Positions 49,103 to 59,648 of a DNA stretch of 64,000 nt are shown in pieces. Source of the DNA: an uncultured Verrucomicrobiae bacterium (lineage in GTDB: Bacteria; Verrucomicrobiota; Verrucomicrobiia; Limisphaerales; JAFGQR01); NCBI GenBank assembly GCA_963788655.1, contig CAWBHS010000088.1, positions 1-64,000 on the forward strand, written 5' to 3'. A model generated the notes under the pieces. That model worked only from the letters and a program-made list of their open reading frames with translations, was not told the DNA's origin and made no database searches. How positions within the stretch are numbered: position 1 is the first letter of the stretch; each line of letters opens with the position of its first letter. The translations under genes and the position numbers were made by a program.

Positions 49103-50341
49103 ATGGGCCTCGTTGAGTTCCTGATTTTGGGCGGAGTAATGGTTTGTGCGGGGGCAAGTTTCTTTTTTGCCCTGGCCGAATCGAGCTTGTTTGTCTTGGG
49201 CCGATGGCGCGCCCGGCAACTCGCCGAACAGAATCCGCGGCAAGGCGACTTGATTGTGCGGCTGCTGGAAAAACCCTCGGAATTGCTGGCGACCATTTCG
49301 CTGGGGAACACCCTGGCTAATGGCAGCATGGTGGCGCTCGTGCTGTTGCCGGCGTTGATCGAAGGTTGGCCGCTGAGCCGGCTGTTGGCGGGAACGTTTC
49401 TGCTGATTTTGGTCGGTTGCGAGGTCGTGCCCAAAACGCTGGCCGTGCGTGCGCCGGACCGCTGGGCGTTGCGGGTGGCGCCCTGGGTGGCGCGCATCCA
49501 AGGTGGCAGCGGTCCCTTTCAGCATCTCGTGCAGAAGCTGAACGATCGGCTGCTCAAAATCTTTGTGCGGAAATCGGTCCGGCCGGCAGCCGCGCTGGCC
49601 GACGAGGAATACCAGGAATTGCTGGACCTGGCCTACCAACAAGGAGCGCTGGCCCAGTCCGAAAAGGAAATCATTCTCAATATTGTCAACCTGGACCAGC
49701 GCACCGCCCAGGACGTGATGAAGCCCCTCTCGCGCATGGATTTGATCTCCGACGATCTGCCCATGGAGGAAATGGTCGGGGCAGCCCGAACCTACAAGCG
49801 TCGCCGCCTGCCCATTTATGATGAAACGCCGGACACCATCGTCGGCCTGTTGAACACCCAGGCGTTGTTGCTGAATCCGGAAATGGACCTCGAGCAAGTC
49901 ATTGAATTTCCGTCCTTCGTGCCGGAGAGCATGAATCTGCTGCAATTGCTCAACAGCCTCCAGAAACAGCGGCGCGGCCTGGCGATCGTGTTGGATGAAT
50001 TTGGCGGTACCGCCGGCGTGGTCACCATGGCCGATATTTTGGAAGCCGTGGTCGGCAAGATTCGGGACGAAGGCGAACCAACCGGTTTCGTCATGGAGAA
50101 GCTGGGGCCCGGGCGCTGGCGCGTGAACGGCACCGCGTGGATTGAGGATTTTCGACGGGAATATCCGGCCCTGGGGGAGACGCCCGACGTGGATACCATG
50201 GGCGGACTGGTCGTGGCGTTGATGGAAATTGTGCCGTCGGCGGGGTCGTCCGTGTCGTTTCGCGGACTGCGGCTCACCGCGCAGACGGTAACCCCCCGGC
50301 GCGTGCGGGAAGTGTTGGTGGAAGTGCTCGGCAAGAAATAA
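49103..50341 (+). CDS. CNNM(DUF21)-CBS-CorC domain protein 1
   Basis: FFALAESSLF, GNTLAN, EVVPKTLA, VLDEFGGTAGVVT..DILE.VVG.I.DE. Confidence 0.92.
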   Translation: MGLVEFLILGGVMVCAGASFFFALAESSLFVLGRWRARQLAEQNPRQGDLIVRLLEKPSELLATISLGNTLANGSMVALVLLPALIEGWPLSRLLAGTFLLILVGCEVVPKTLAVRAPDRWALRVAPWVARIQGGSGPFQHLVQKLNDRLLKIFVRKSVRPAAALADEEYQELLDLAYQQGALAQSEKEIILNIVNLDQRTAQDVMKPLSRMDLISDDLPMEEMVGAARTYKRRRLPIYDETPDTIVGLLNTQALLLNPEMDLEQVIEFPSFVPESMNLLQLLNSLQKQRRGLAIVLDEFGGTAGVVTMADILEAVVGKIRDEGEPTGFVMEKLGPGRWRVNGTAWIEDFRREYPALGETPDVDTMGGLVVALMEIVPSAGSSVSFRGLRLTAQTVTPRRVREVLVEVLGKK

Positions 50342-50383
50342 GATGATACCGTTTTCCCGCCGCTACTGATTCACCCTGAATAC

Positions 50384-51367
50384 ATGCAGAACCTGTTGTT
50401 CATTGCGTTTTTAGTCAGCCTCATGATCGGCTTCTTGATGTCCGGCATGGAAGCCGGCGTCTTTGCCTTGAGCCGGTTGCGGATTCGTCATCAAATGCGC
50501 GCGGGCAATCCCCGGGCCAAGATTCTGTATCATTTTTTGGAGAATCCGGAGGATTTTCTTTGGACCATTCTGGTCGGCAACACGGTGGCGAATTTCGTGG
50601 TGGTGAGCATCGGCGTCATCGGCTTGTTCAGCTGGCTGGGATCCTGGCCGGCGGCGCTGCTGGCGGCACTATTGCTGGCGGGCGTTGGGTTTTATTCCTT
50701 CAGCGAGCTGTTCCCTAAAATGCTGTTCCGGCTGTATCCGAACCGGCTGTGTTTGTGGATGGCTTTGCCGTTCCGCCTGGTTCATCTGGTGCTGCGCCCG
50801 TTGGTGCTGCCCATGGCTTGGTTGGCCAATCACTTGGTGGTTTGGTTCGGTGGACGGAAGTTCACCGGGCGTTTGTTCGGCGACCGCAAGGAACTGCGCT
50901 ACGTGATTCAGGAATCCGCCCAGGACATGAGTCTGGAGGAACGGGCCATGATCAAACGGGTGCTGACCCTCCAAAACCTCACCTTGCGCCAGATCGCAGT
51001 GCCGATGGCCAAGGTCGCTTCCGCTCCGGCGCAAACCCCGGTGCGCGAACTAATGCAGCTTTGTCGGGAACGCGGATTCAGCCGGTTGCCGGTTTGGAGT
51101 CAGGATCCGCGCAGCCAACGCATCGTGGGCCTGGTGAACATCAATCGCTTGTTGTTCCAACCGGATTTGGATCCGGAAAAAGTGGCCGCCGATTTTGTGA
51201 AACCCGCCTTGTTCCTCGACGCCGATTTGCGGATCGAAGTGGCTTTGCGCCAAATGCAACGCACCGGCCAGCGCCTGGCCATCGTTGTCGAACGCGATTT
51301 GGCGGAACTGGGTGTCGTCAGTCTGCAGGACATCTTGAAAGTGATTTTCGGCGAGGTGGCTTTCTAG
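50384..51367 (+). CDS. CNNM(DUF21)-CBS protein 2, no CorC domain
   Basis: SGMEAGVF, TILVGN, ELFPK; ends DILKVIFGEV. Confidence 0.9.
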   Translation: MQNLLFIAFLVSLMIGFLMSGMEAGVFALSRLRIRHQMRAGNPRAKILYHFLENPEDFLWTILVGNTVANFVVVSIGVIGLFSWLGSWPAALLAALLLAGVGFYSFSELFPKMLFRLYPNRLCLWMALPFRLVHLVLRPLVLPMAWLANHLVVWFGGRKFTGRLFGDRKELRYVIQESAQDMSLEERAMIKRVLTLQNLTLRQIAVPMAKVASAPAQTPVRELMQLCRERGFSRLPVWSQDPRSQRIVGLVNINRLLFQPDLDPEKVAADFVKPALFLDADLRIEVALRQMQRTGQRLAIVVERDLAELGVVSLQDILKVIFGEVAF

Positions 51368-51371
51368 CGCT

Positions 51372-52712
51372 ATGGATCCCGAACCCACCACCATTGTCCT
51401 GAAAATCCTGGCGGTCCTGGCGCTGGTGCTGATCAACGGCTTTTTTGTGATGGCGGAATTCGCCCTCGTCAAAGTCCGCGAGACGCAGCTTGAGCCGTTG
51501 ATTGCGCAAGGCCAGCGCCGGGCCAAAGCCGTGCGGAGCGTGTTGGGCAGCTTGGACCACTATTTGAGCGCCGCGCAAGTGGGCATCACCATTGCCAGCC
51601 TGGCGTTGGGATGGGTGGGGGAACCGGTGTTCGCCACATTGCTGCGGCCGTTGATGGAATGGTTGCACATCGACTCGGAGAGTATGCAGCACACGATTGC
51701 GTTTGTGGTCGGTTTCTCCGCGATCACGTTCCTGCACATCACGGCCGGCGAGCAGGCGCCGAAATGGCTGGCCATCCAGAAGCCATTGTCGGCTGCCTTG
51801 TGGGTGGCTTATCCGCTGGTCTGGTTTTGCCGCATCGCCTATCCCTTTATCTGGATCATCAACCAATCCTCGTTGTGGTTGTTGCGCCGCATGGGGATCA
51901 ATCCCGCCGGCGAACACGAAATGGTCCAGTCGGCCGAAGAGTTACGCCTGATGTTCGCGGCCATGCAAAAACGTCTGGGCGGTACGCCGCTGGGCAAAGA
52001 GATCGTGTTGAACGCGCTGGATTTGCACTTGCGCGTGGTTTTGGAAGTAATGCGTCCTCGCCAGGAGATCGTGGCCCTCAACACCCAGGCCAGTCTTACC
52101 GAATGCCTGGAGGTGGCGGAGAAAACCCGTTTCTCCCGCTTTCCCCTGTGCGAGGACGGCGACCCGGACAAGACTCTGGGGGTGGTTCACATGAAGGATT
52201 TGTACGCCATGCGGTTCCGGGCGAAGACGGGCGCGGACTTGCAGGCGGTGATGAAAGGATTGGTCTATTTCCCGGAGACAGCGCGGCTGGAAAAAGTGCT
52301 CCAAGCGTTGCTCGAACGGAAACTGCACCTGGCGGTGGTGGTCGATGAATACGGCGGCACCGTGGGATTAATTACGCTGGAAAACATCCTCGAGGAATTG
52401 GTGGGCCAAATTCAGGATGAGTTTGACACCGAGAAGCCGATGTTGGTGCAGACCTCGCCCGACTCCTGGGACGTGCTGGGATCGTTGCCGATGCATCATC
52501 TGGCCGAATTGGTGGACGAGCCATTGGAAGTCGAGGGCATCTCGACCGTGAGCGGCTGGGTGACGCACCAGTTGGGTGGTTTTCCCAAAGTGGGCGACCA
52601 ACTCACCTTGCGCCACTTCACTTTGCGGGTCGAGGAAACTGAAGCCCGACGTGTAGCCCGCATGCAGTTGACACGCCTGCCCGCACCCGAACCGGAAGCA
52701 AACTCGATTTGA
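51372..52712 (+). CDS. CNNM(DUF21)-CBS-CorC protein 3 (HlyC/MpfA-like)
   Basis: NGFFVMAEFALV, QVGIT.ASL.LG, GEQAPK, VVDEYGG..G..TLE.ILEELVG.I.DEFD. Confidence 0.93.
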   Translation: MDPEPTTIVLKILAVLALVLINGFFVMAEFALVKVRETQLEPLIAQGQRRAKAVRSVLGSLDHYLSAAQVGITIASLALGWVGEPVFATLLRPLMEWLHIDSESMQHTIAFVVGFSAITFLHITAGEQAPKWLAIQKPLSAALWVAYPLVWFCRIAYPFIWIINQSSLWLLRRMGINPAGEHEMVQSAEELRLMFAAMQKRLGGTPLGKEIVLNALDLHLRVVLEVMRPRQEIVALNTQASLTECLEVAEKTRFSRFPLCEDGDPDKTLGVVHMKDLYAMRFRAKTGADLQAVMKGLVYFPETARLEKVLQALLERKLHLAVVVDEYGGTVGLITLENILEELVGQIQDEFDTEKPMLVQTSPDSWDVLGSLPMHHLAELVDEPLEVEGISTVSGWVTHQLGGFPKVGDQLTLRHFTLRVEETEARRVARMQLTRLPAPEPEANSI

Positions 52713-52798
52713 ATCTGATACGACGGAGGGTTGCGGGAACCTTCGGCAATCGTTGGCCGTGGCGCCAACTGCGCAGCAGAATCTAGGCAGTTGATTAA

Positions 52799-53067
52799 GG
52801 GGAGCGCGCCCGCCCCGGTTGGCTTGGCGATTGAGCAGTCACTGATTCAATCCAGCTTTCAAGTCGAGGCTAATGCGAAATTGAATTGGAGCGCGGACAT
52901 TCCGGTCCGCTCGTGTAGCCCCATCCCCGCCGAGCGGACCGGAATGTCCGGGCTCCGGTTGAAGTCTCATCCTGAACGGGAATTGGAATGAACAGCGAGC
53001 GATTCGGGGTGTTCGATTAGGGACTGGCGAGGCGCCAACCACAGCGCCCGGGGCGGGCGCGTTCCCC
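52799..53067. repeat. Nested palindromic elements between convergent genes (possible bidirectional terminator)
   Basis: Outer 20-bp arms at 52799-52818 and 53048-53067; inner 26-bp arms at 52888-52913 and 52931-52956. Confidence 0.88.
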
Positions 53068-53089
53068 TTTCTAACGGAATCGTTTCAGC

Positions 53090-54085
53090 TCAGTGCGGCT
53101 TCGGCAGATGCTCGCTGACCATTGAGCGTTCTTCCTTCAACTCATTCACGGACGCGTCGATCTTGGCGCGGCTGAAATCGTTGAGCGGCACGTCCTGGAC
53201 GACCTCCCATTTTTGGCCGTCGCTGCGGATCGGGAAGGAACTGATCAGGCCTTTCTCCACTTGGTAGCTGCCGTCCGAACAGATCGCGACACTGTGCCAG
53301 TCGCCGGTCGGCGTGGGCGTGATCAGCGTGCGGACGGTATCCACGACGGCATTGGCGGCGCTGGCGGCACTGGAGGCGCCGCGCGCTTTGATGATGGCCG
53401 CGCCGCGCTGTTGCACCGTGGCGAGGAAATCTTTCTCCAGCCATTCGCGGTGCCCGATGACTTCCGGGACCGGGCGGCCCTGGATTTTCGCGTTGAAAAA
53501 GTCGGGATACATCGTGGAGCTGTGGTTGCCCCAGATGGCGAGGTTGGTGACCGCGGTCACGTCCACGCTGGCCTTCTTGGCAAGCTGCGTCTTGGCGCGG
53601 TTTTCGTCCAGGCGCGTCATGGCGAAGAACCGGTCGCGCGGCACATCGGGCGCGTTGTTCATGGCAATGAGGCAGTTGGTGTTGCACGGATTGCCCACCA
53701 CCAGCACGCGGACGTCCTCGGCGGCGTTTTTCTCGATGGCCTGGCCCTGGCCGACGAAGATTTTGCCGTTGATGCCCAGCAGATCCTTCCGTTCCATGCC
53801 TTGTTTGCGGGGCACGCTGCCGACGAGCAACGCCCAGTTCACGCCGCGAAAACCTTCGTCCAGGCTGGCCGTCGGCACAATGCCTTTGAGCAGCGGGAAG
53901 GCGCAATCGTCCAGTTCCATGACCACGCCCTGAAGCGCGGGCAGGGCGGGTTCGATCTCGATCAGGTGCAGGATGACTGGTTGGTCCGGGCCAAACATCG
54001 CGCCGGAAGCAATGCGGAACAACAAGGCGTAACCGATTTGTCCGGCCGCGCCGGTGACGGCCACTCGAATAGGTGTCTTACTCAT
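53090..54085 (-). CDS. mdh: Malate dehydrogenase (dimeric, type 2)
   Basis: [48 protein letters not shown]. Confidence 0.97.
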   Translation of the reverse strand: MSKTPIRVAVTGAAGQIGYALLFRIASGAMFGPDQPVILHLIEIEPALPALQGVVMELDDCAFPLLKGIVPTASLDEGFRGVNWALLVGSVPRKQGMERKDLLGINGKIFVGQGQAIEKNAAEDVRVLVVGNPCNTNCLIAMNNAPDVPRDRFFAMTRLDENRAKTQLAKKASVDVTAVTNLAIWGNHSSTMYPDFFNAKIQGRPVPEVIGHREWLEKDFLATVQQRGAAIIKARGASSAASAANAVVDTVRTLITPTPTGDWHSVAICSDGSYQVEKGLISSFPIRSDGQKWEVVQDVPLNDFSRAKIDASVNELKEERSMVSEHLPKPH

Positions 54086-54383
54086 AAAGTTGATTAGTTA
54101 AGCGGGCGCAGTATAGGGAGTCCGGTTTTGCCAAGGCAAGCGGCAATCGCGGAGAGGACCTGGATCGGGTCGCACTAACCTCCGCAGGCCGAAGTGAAAT
54201 TGGAAAGCCATCCGGGATCCGAAATCCAAGGCCCGAACAGAATTCGAAGTGATGCGTCCACCTGCTGGGCATTTGGGCGCGCCATCGATGCCGCCCGCAA
54301 AAACAAAATCAATCGGAACGTATCATGTTCGCTCTCGACCTCCTCGTTGCGCACCGGGTCGCGCTGGCCAGATTGTGAACCTG

Positions 54384-54469
54384 TCACTTTGTCTTTGTTG
54401 TCACTTTGTTCACTTAGGACACCGTTCTCACTTTGTCTTTGTTTCATCTGTTTTGTGTCACTTTGTTCA
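54384..54469 (+). repeat. Four TCACTTTGT direct repeats
   Basis: Copies start at 54384, 54401, 54428 and 54458. Confidence 0.85.
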
Positions 54470-54739
54470 GACCCGCTTCCTGCGGCAGGCGGTTGCCCTT
54501 GAGTTGGTTTACTTCGTTACTGGAGTACTGACTTATTATTACGCCGAACGGCTGAACTGGTTCTGATTTCTACCGATGACCTCAACATGGCGGCTCCGGG
54601 AGCGACCTAGGAAACAGATTTCCTCCCCGACTGGATGTCCATTTGACGACCGGCTGTTTTGGTCTGTTGCGGCGAATGACAAGCAGGGATTGCCGCCGCA
54701 AACAGAATCCCGCAGCCGGGATCACGGATCGAATGTACT

Positions 54740-55921
54740 ATGGTTGTTAATACGAATATCACGGCCCAGGGAGCCGCTCGCCTCCTGGGCGATGCGTCCC
54801 AGCGACTGTCTAAATCCCTGGCTCGGCTTTCTTCCGGCTCGAGAATTGTCTCGCCCGAAGACGATGCCGCGGGACTGGCAGTCTCAATGCGCTTTCAAGC
54901 ACAGATCAATCGAACTTCTGCCTCGATGCACAATCTTGGCAATGCGATTTCATTCAACCAGACACAGGATGGTTACATGCAAAAGATCGGCGCGGCGCTG
55001 GATCGGATGAGCGAACTGGCCATTCTGGCGCAGGATGTCACCAAGACCGATAACGATCGCGGATTATACAACCAGGAATTCCAGACGCTGGCCAGTTATG
55101 TCACCGACGTTGTTGCCAAGGACTTCAACGGCGTGAGTCTGTTTAGCAGCAGCGCGCTGAACGTGACGAGCGATGCCGACGGCGGCACGGTCGAGATGCA
55201 AGGGATCGAAGCGGAATTACCTCGCCGAGGCGACCACCCCGAGCGCACCGGTCCCGCCACCGCCAACCACTACCTTGGCAGAGTTGATCCCCGGCTTCAC
55301 CCTCGGTGGTTATCAGTACGACCGGGCTCGCTAGACGACCTTAGCGATGGAGGTTTTGCTGCGCAGTCGCTAAGCTGGTTCGTATCTACCTTGGACTTCG
55401 CCCTGGCAAACGCCGGCGGCGGGAGCGCGAGCTACGATTCTGGAACGGGAGAGCTCTCCGTAACTCTGGGGGCGGATCAGATCCTGTATACCCAATCCGG
55501 CGATGATGTCTTTTCCGGGCTTGGATTTTCGCCGTCGGATTTGGATAACACAGGAGGTGGTTCGCCCAAGACGGTGAGTGTGACATTGAGCATCCCTGGG
55601 CCTTCTACCCCGTCTGATGCTCCGGACATCAGCACGCTTGAAGGCGCGGCTTCGGCGCTGACCACCGTGAAATCGGCGATCAACCAATTGGCCACCGACC
55701 GCGCCACCGTCGGCGCAAACATCGCGCGCCTGAGCCTGACTTCGGAACAATTGGGCACGCTCAAGGACAATCTTACCGCCGCCAACAGCCGCATCAAGGA
55801 CGTGGACGTGGCCCAGGAGAGCACCGAATTCGCACGCTACAACATCCTGGTTCAGGCTGGCACCGCCATGCTGTCCCAGGCGAACACCGTCCCCCAATCC
55901 GTCTTGCGGCTTTTGGGTTGA
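54740..55921 (+). CDS. fliC: Flagellin
   Basis: VVNTN, LARLSSGSRI...DDAAGLA, QTQDG, LDRMSELA; C-terminal RATVGA..RL, SRIKDVDVAQE, QAGTAMLSQAN..PQ.VLRLL. Confidence 0.96.
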   Translation: MVVNTNITAQGAARLLGDASQRLSKSLARLSSGSRIVSPEDDAAGLAVSMRFQAQINRTSASMHNLGNAISFNQTQDGYMQKIGAALDRMSELAILAQDVTKTDNDRGLYNQEFQTLASYVTDVVAKDFNGVSLFSSSALNVTSDADGGTVEMQGIEAELPRRGDHPERTGPATANHYLGRVDPRLHPRWLSVRPGSLDDLSDGGFAAQSLSWFVSTLDFALANAGGGSASYDSGTGELSVTLGADQILYTQSGDDVFSGLGFSPSDLDNTGGGSPKTVSVTLSIPGPSTPSDAPDISTLEGAASALTTVKSAINQLATDRATVGANIARLSLTSEQLGTLKDNLTAANSRIKDVDVAQESTEFARYNILVQAGTAMLSQANTVPQSVLRLLG

Positions 55922-56068
55922 AGTTGAACCGCGTGGTTACCGCTCTTGTCCGAGTCCAAACGGTACGGATTGACATCGGAAGCGAGCGATTGCAAAAACT
56001 CGTGGCTTGGTGTCGGCCTCATGGATGCCGGGCAGGTCAGCCCACGGGTTGGAGTATCCGGATCAAAG

Positions 56069-56278
56069 TCAGCGCTTCCACCACTTCAGAATCTGATTCA
56101 ATCGATGCAGGCGCAAATCGGGCGGACCGGTTCGGCTCAATCCATGACTGCGGTTGGTCGGGTAACGCACAAATCGCGTCGGCACGTTGTTCAGCTTCAG
56201 CACGGTGAACACTTGCTCCCCTTGCTCGATGTGGCAGCGCAGGTCAGCTTCGCTGTGGATGATCAGGGTGGGCGTCCG
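56069..56278 (-). pseudogene. C-terminal fragment of an S9 (prolyl oligopeptidase family) peptidase
   Basis: TPTLIIHSEADLRCHIEQG / FVRYP..SHGLSRTGPPDLRLHRL. Confidence 0.8.
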
Positions 56279-56474
56279 GCATTGGCCGGCGGGCCGGCTT
56301 CACTTGGGAAAATGACTTTCCAAACCGAAGCGATGGCGAGAACTGGAAGGGCATGTCGGTAAGGCTCCGACCTTTCCGGTTTGGAAGACCGCCGTCTGGC
56401 GGCGGCTCTCAGAGCCTGTTTTAAAATTGGGCGAGGTCCTGCGGCGAGGGATTTTGGACGCGGGCGAGCCAACG

Positions 56475-56941
56475 GAACAACTCTACAACTTTGGAGCCGT
56501 CCGGCGCGACCCGCGCGAACGGGTCGTCAGCGTCGCCTATTACGCGCTGGTCAAATTGGCGGATTTCGAAACCAAAGCCGCCACCGACGCGGCCGACGCC
56601 AAATGGTTTCCGATCACGAAAGTGCCCAAGCTCGCCTTTGATCATGCGGACATCTTCGCGACCGCACTGGCCCGACTCAAAGGCAAGGTGCGCTTTCAGC
56701 CGATCGGTTTCGAACCCTGCCGCCAAAGTTCACCCTGTCCCAACTCCAACACCTTTACGAAACGATCCTGGAAACCGATTTAGACAAGCGCAACTTCCGC
56801 AAAAAGCTCCTGAACTTCGGCCTGCTCGTACCGCTAAACGAAACCCAAATGATCGGCCGTCACCGCCCGGCCCAGTTGTTCCGCTTCAATGCGGACAAAT
56901 ACGAAAAGCTCAAACGAACAGGATTCAATTTTGAACTATGA
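56475..56941 (+). pseudogene. NrtR-type Nudix-wHTH regulator lacking its N-terminal Nudix box; one frameshift
   Basis: EQLY.FG...[29 protein letters not shown]...[17 protein letters not shown]. Confidence 0.85.
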
Positions 56942-56959
56942 GCCGCGACCAGAGAGCGA

Positions 56960-57440
56960 ATGAGCCAATGATCTCAAATCCAACAGCCAAACGACCGCCT
57001 GGCGGATCATTATTGCTGTCAGCATTCTGACATTGGCGACAATTATGGGATACTGGTTCTGGAACCCCGGTCTGGATATTCGCGACGGGCGCCATGATCG
57101 TGGCCGAAACGCGATCTGGCTCGCTCATGGATGGTTGGGTGGCGATGAATGGTTCACTCGCTACGGGAAGACCAATGAATTCGAGCGCTATCGCAATCCC
57201 AGCCGGATTCGTGAACTGGCGACGAAATTGCGGCGCCATCACATCACCAATGTGTTTCCGCATCTCTGCCCGGCAAACGTGGATGGCAGCCTCCCGCCGG
57301 TCAACGCGGCTCAAGTCGAACGATTCCTCAACGAATTTGAATGAATTCGAGTAATTCCATGGATTGGCGGCCCCAATGGAGCCAGTGTGCGCCTCCAGGA
57401 TGCCGTTTGGCACCGCGCCTTCACCGACAGCATGAAAGAG
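56960..57440 (+). pseudogene. Fragment of an exported hypothetical protein
   Basis: WFWNPG...GRNAIWLAHGWLG...LRRHHITNVFPHLCP. Stops lie upstream, and a small GAATTTGAATGAATTCGA duplication breaks the frame. Confidence 0.5.
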
Positions 57441-57444
57441 TTTG

Positions 57445-57653
57445 GGCTAGTCGGCGGTAAAATTCCTTTTGGGCGTCGTTAAGGCTCTGCGTATTCAGCG
57501 AGCGATACGTGGGTTCCCCCAGAATCGAGGGACGTTCATAGAACATCGGTGTTCCCAGATGCCGTCGGCGGCTCGTCGCCGGGTTTTGGGGTGTTGATCT
57601 GGGGATGGATCGGTGGGCGGGGTGGCCCGTTCGGTCGTGCGTTTTGTCTTCAT
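57445..57653 (-). pseudogene. Possible N-terminal remnant of a phage-type integrase
   Basis: MFYERPSILGEPTYRSLNTQSLNDAQKE resembles an arm-binding N-domain; it lies immediately 3' of the tRNA. Confidence 0.45.
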
Positions 57654-57780
57654 GGTGTCGGGGCGACACCACGCTCGGTGCATCTGATGTCAGTGTATAA
57701 GAAACGTATAAGTCATCAGATGTCGTGTTGAGTGGGAACTCAGAAGCCTTCCGTAACTCGTTGGTATTCGAGCAAGTTAG

Positions 57781-57858
57781 TGGTCGGGGCGGTGAGATTC
57801 GAACTCACGACCTTCTGAACCCCATTCAGACGCGCTAGCCAGGCTACGCTACGCCCCG
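57781..57858 (-). tRNA. tRNA-Pro(GGG)
   Basis: CGGGGCG acceptor stem, anticodon arm TCTGA-ATGGGGT-TCAGA, GTTCGAAT T-loop, encoded CCA. Confidence 0.97.
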
Positions 57859-57988
57859 ACGATTTTGCTCGGCTTGAAAGCCAAATTCCCGAGTAGTCTA
57901 ACGGCCGATCACCGGATTTCAACAACTTTTAACGCCTTGGCGATTATTCGGTGGTGGTCCACAGCATTGCTTCGATGCGCGGGGACCT

Positions 57989-59530
57989 TTATTCGAGGAC
58001 TTTGATAACGATGGCCGTGACGTCGTCGTCTTGAGGTCTGTCTTTCGAGAAGTTCCGAACCGCATTGTACAGCAGTTTCACGATGGCCTGCGCGGGTTGG
58101 TCTCGATTGGTTCGCACCAGATCCAGCGTACGTTCAATGCCGAACATCTGATTCTCGGCGGTCATGCTCTCCTCAATGCCATCGGTGGACAACAACAGAA
58201 TATCGCCGGCGGCCAGATGAATCTCCTCTGAGGTGCGGTACGTGGTGCGCGGGTGCAATCCCAGTGGCATACCGCTGCGGGGCATCTTGCGTTTTACGTG
58301 GCCATCGGCATCCAGCAAATAGGCGGGTGGATGACCGGCATTGGCGAACGTCAGCGACCGGGTTTCCGGATCGAGACGCGCCAGGAACAACGTGACATAC
58401 CGCTCGTGGCCCACGTCTTCGGCCAACACGACATTGGCGAGCGTAAGAATTTCTCCGACATCGTCGCGGCGGGTGCTGAGCAAATGCAAGTAGGCTCTCG
58501 TTTCGGCCATCAACATGGCGGGGCCGACTCCGTGTCCGGTCACGTCGCCAACCACAATCCCCAGACGACCGTGGAGCATGGGCAGGTAATCGAAGTAATC
58601 CCCGCCGGTGGCCTCCGTCGGATAGGAGGCCCCGCCGATGTCGAAGCCTTTCAACGCCGGGGCGTGCTTGGGAAACAACCGTTGTTGGATTTCGCGGGCG
58701 ACGCGAAATTGTTCTTCATTGTCCCGCAGGGCCCGCTCCGCCCGTTTGCGCTCGGTGATGTCACGAATGAAGCCCACAAAGCGCCGCTCGCCGTCCATGG
58801 TCATGTCGCTGTAACTGACCTCCACCGGAATTTGGGCGCCGTCCTTGCGCAGGCCAATGGTTTCGGTGGCGCGCCAATTCATTCGTTTAATGCCCGTCTG
58901 GAGGTAGCGGGTGATCCCGCCCAGATGGTTCCCGCGCAATTCCGGTGGTTGCAGAACCGTGAGATTCTTCCCGATAATTTCCTCCGGCGTATAACCAAAC
59001 ACGTCTTTAACCGCCGGATTGGCAAACAGGATTTTGCCGTCCCGATTCATTAGAATGACGGCGTCCGGGCACGTTTCCCACAGCAGGCGGTAGCGTTTTT
59101 CACTTTCGTGCAGGGCGATCTTGGCTTCCCGTTGGCTGGCCCGGATGGCGGCTTCGCGCAGCTCACGTTCCACGGCGGGCGCCAGGCGGTTCAAGTTGCC
59201 TTTCATCAAGTAATCGTGAGCGCCTGCTTTCATGGCCTCCACGGCGACATCTTCGCCGATGCCCCCGGAAACAATGACGAAGGGCAAATCGAGTTGGCTG
59301 TCCTGCGCGATCTTCAATGCCGCCAGGGCGTTAAAGTCCGGCAAATTATAATCGGCGAGAATGACGTCCCACTGCTTGTTCGTCAGCGCGGCTTTCATCT
59401 GCTCACCCGTTTCCACCCGTTCAAAAGCGGGCTCATACCCTCCTTTGCGGAGGATGTTCACCATCATTTGCGCATCAAACTCCGAATCTTCGACAATCAG
59501 CGCACGTAAAGCAGTCTTCATAGTTGACAT
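57989..59530 (-). CDS. REC-PAS-PP2C (SpoIIE/RsbU-like) phosphatase
   Basis: LIVEDS..D (REC), PAS ending RDITERK, then GGDYFD, GDVTGHG, NAGHPP, TDG.., DDVT. Confidence 0.93.
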   Translation of the reverse strand: MSTMKTALRALIVEDSEFDAQMMVNILRKGGYEPAFERVETGEQMKAALTNKQWDVILADYNLPDFNALAALKIAQDSQLDLPFVIVSGGIGEDVAVEAMKAGAHDYLMKGNLNRLAPAVERELREAAIRASQREAKIALHESEKRYRLLWETCPDAVILMNRDGKILFANPAVKDVFGYTPEEIIGKNLTVLQPPELRGNHLGGITRYLQTGIKRMNWRATETIGLRKDGAQIPVEVSYSDMTMDGERRFVGFIRDITERKRAERALRDNEEQFRVAREIQQRLFPKHAPALKGFDIGGASYPTEATGGDYFDYLPMLHGRLGIVVGDVTGHGVGPAMLMAETRAYLHLLSTRRDDVGEILTLANVVLAEDVGHERYVTLFLARLDPETRSLTFANAGHPPAYLLDADGHVKRKMPRSGMPLGLHPRTTYRTSEEIHLAAGDILLLSTDGIEESMTAENQMFGIERTLDLVRTNRDQPAQAIVKLLYNAVRNFSKDRPQDDDVTAIVIKVLE

Positions 59531-59648
59531 GTGATTCCGGGGCCGCCAAGCCATCCCGCCGTCCACACCAGTTACTTTTTGAGTGTAACTGAAAATCCCC
59601 GGCGTGCCAGTGGATTTGATTGGTGCGGTTGGGTTTGAACGCAGCCGC

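Noticed and set aside
54384..54469. CRISPR array
   Set aside because: Repeats are only 9-16 bp with irregular short spacing, and no cas genes are present in the window.
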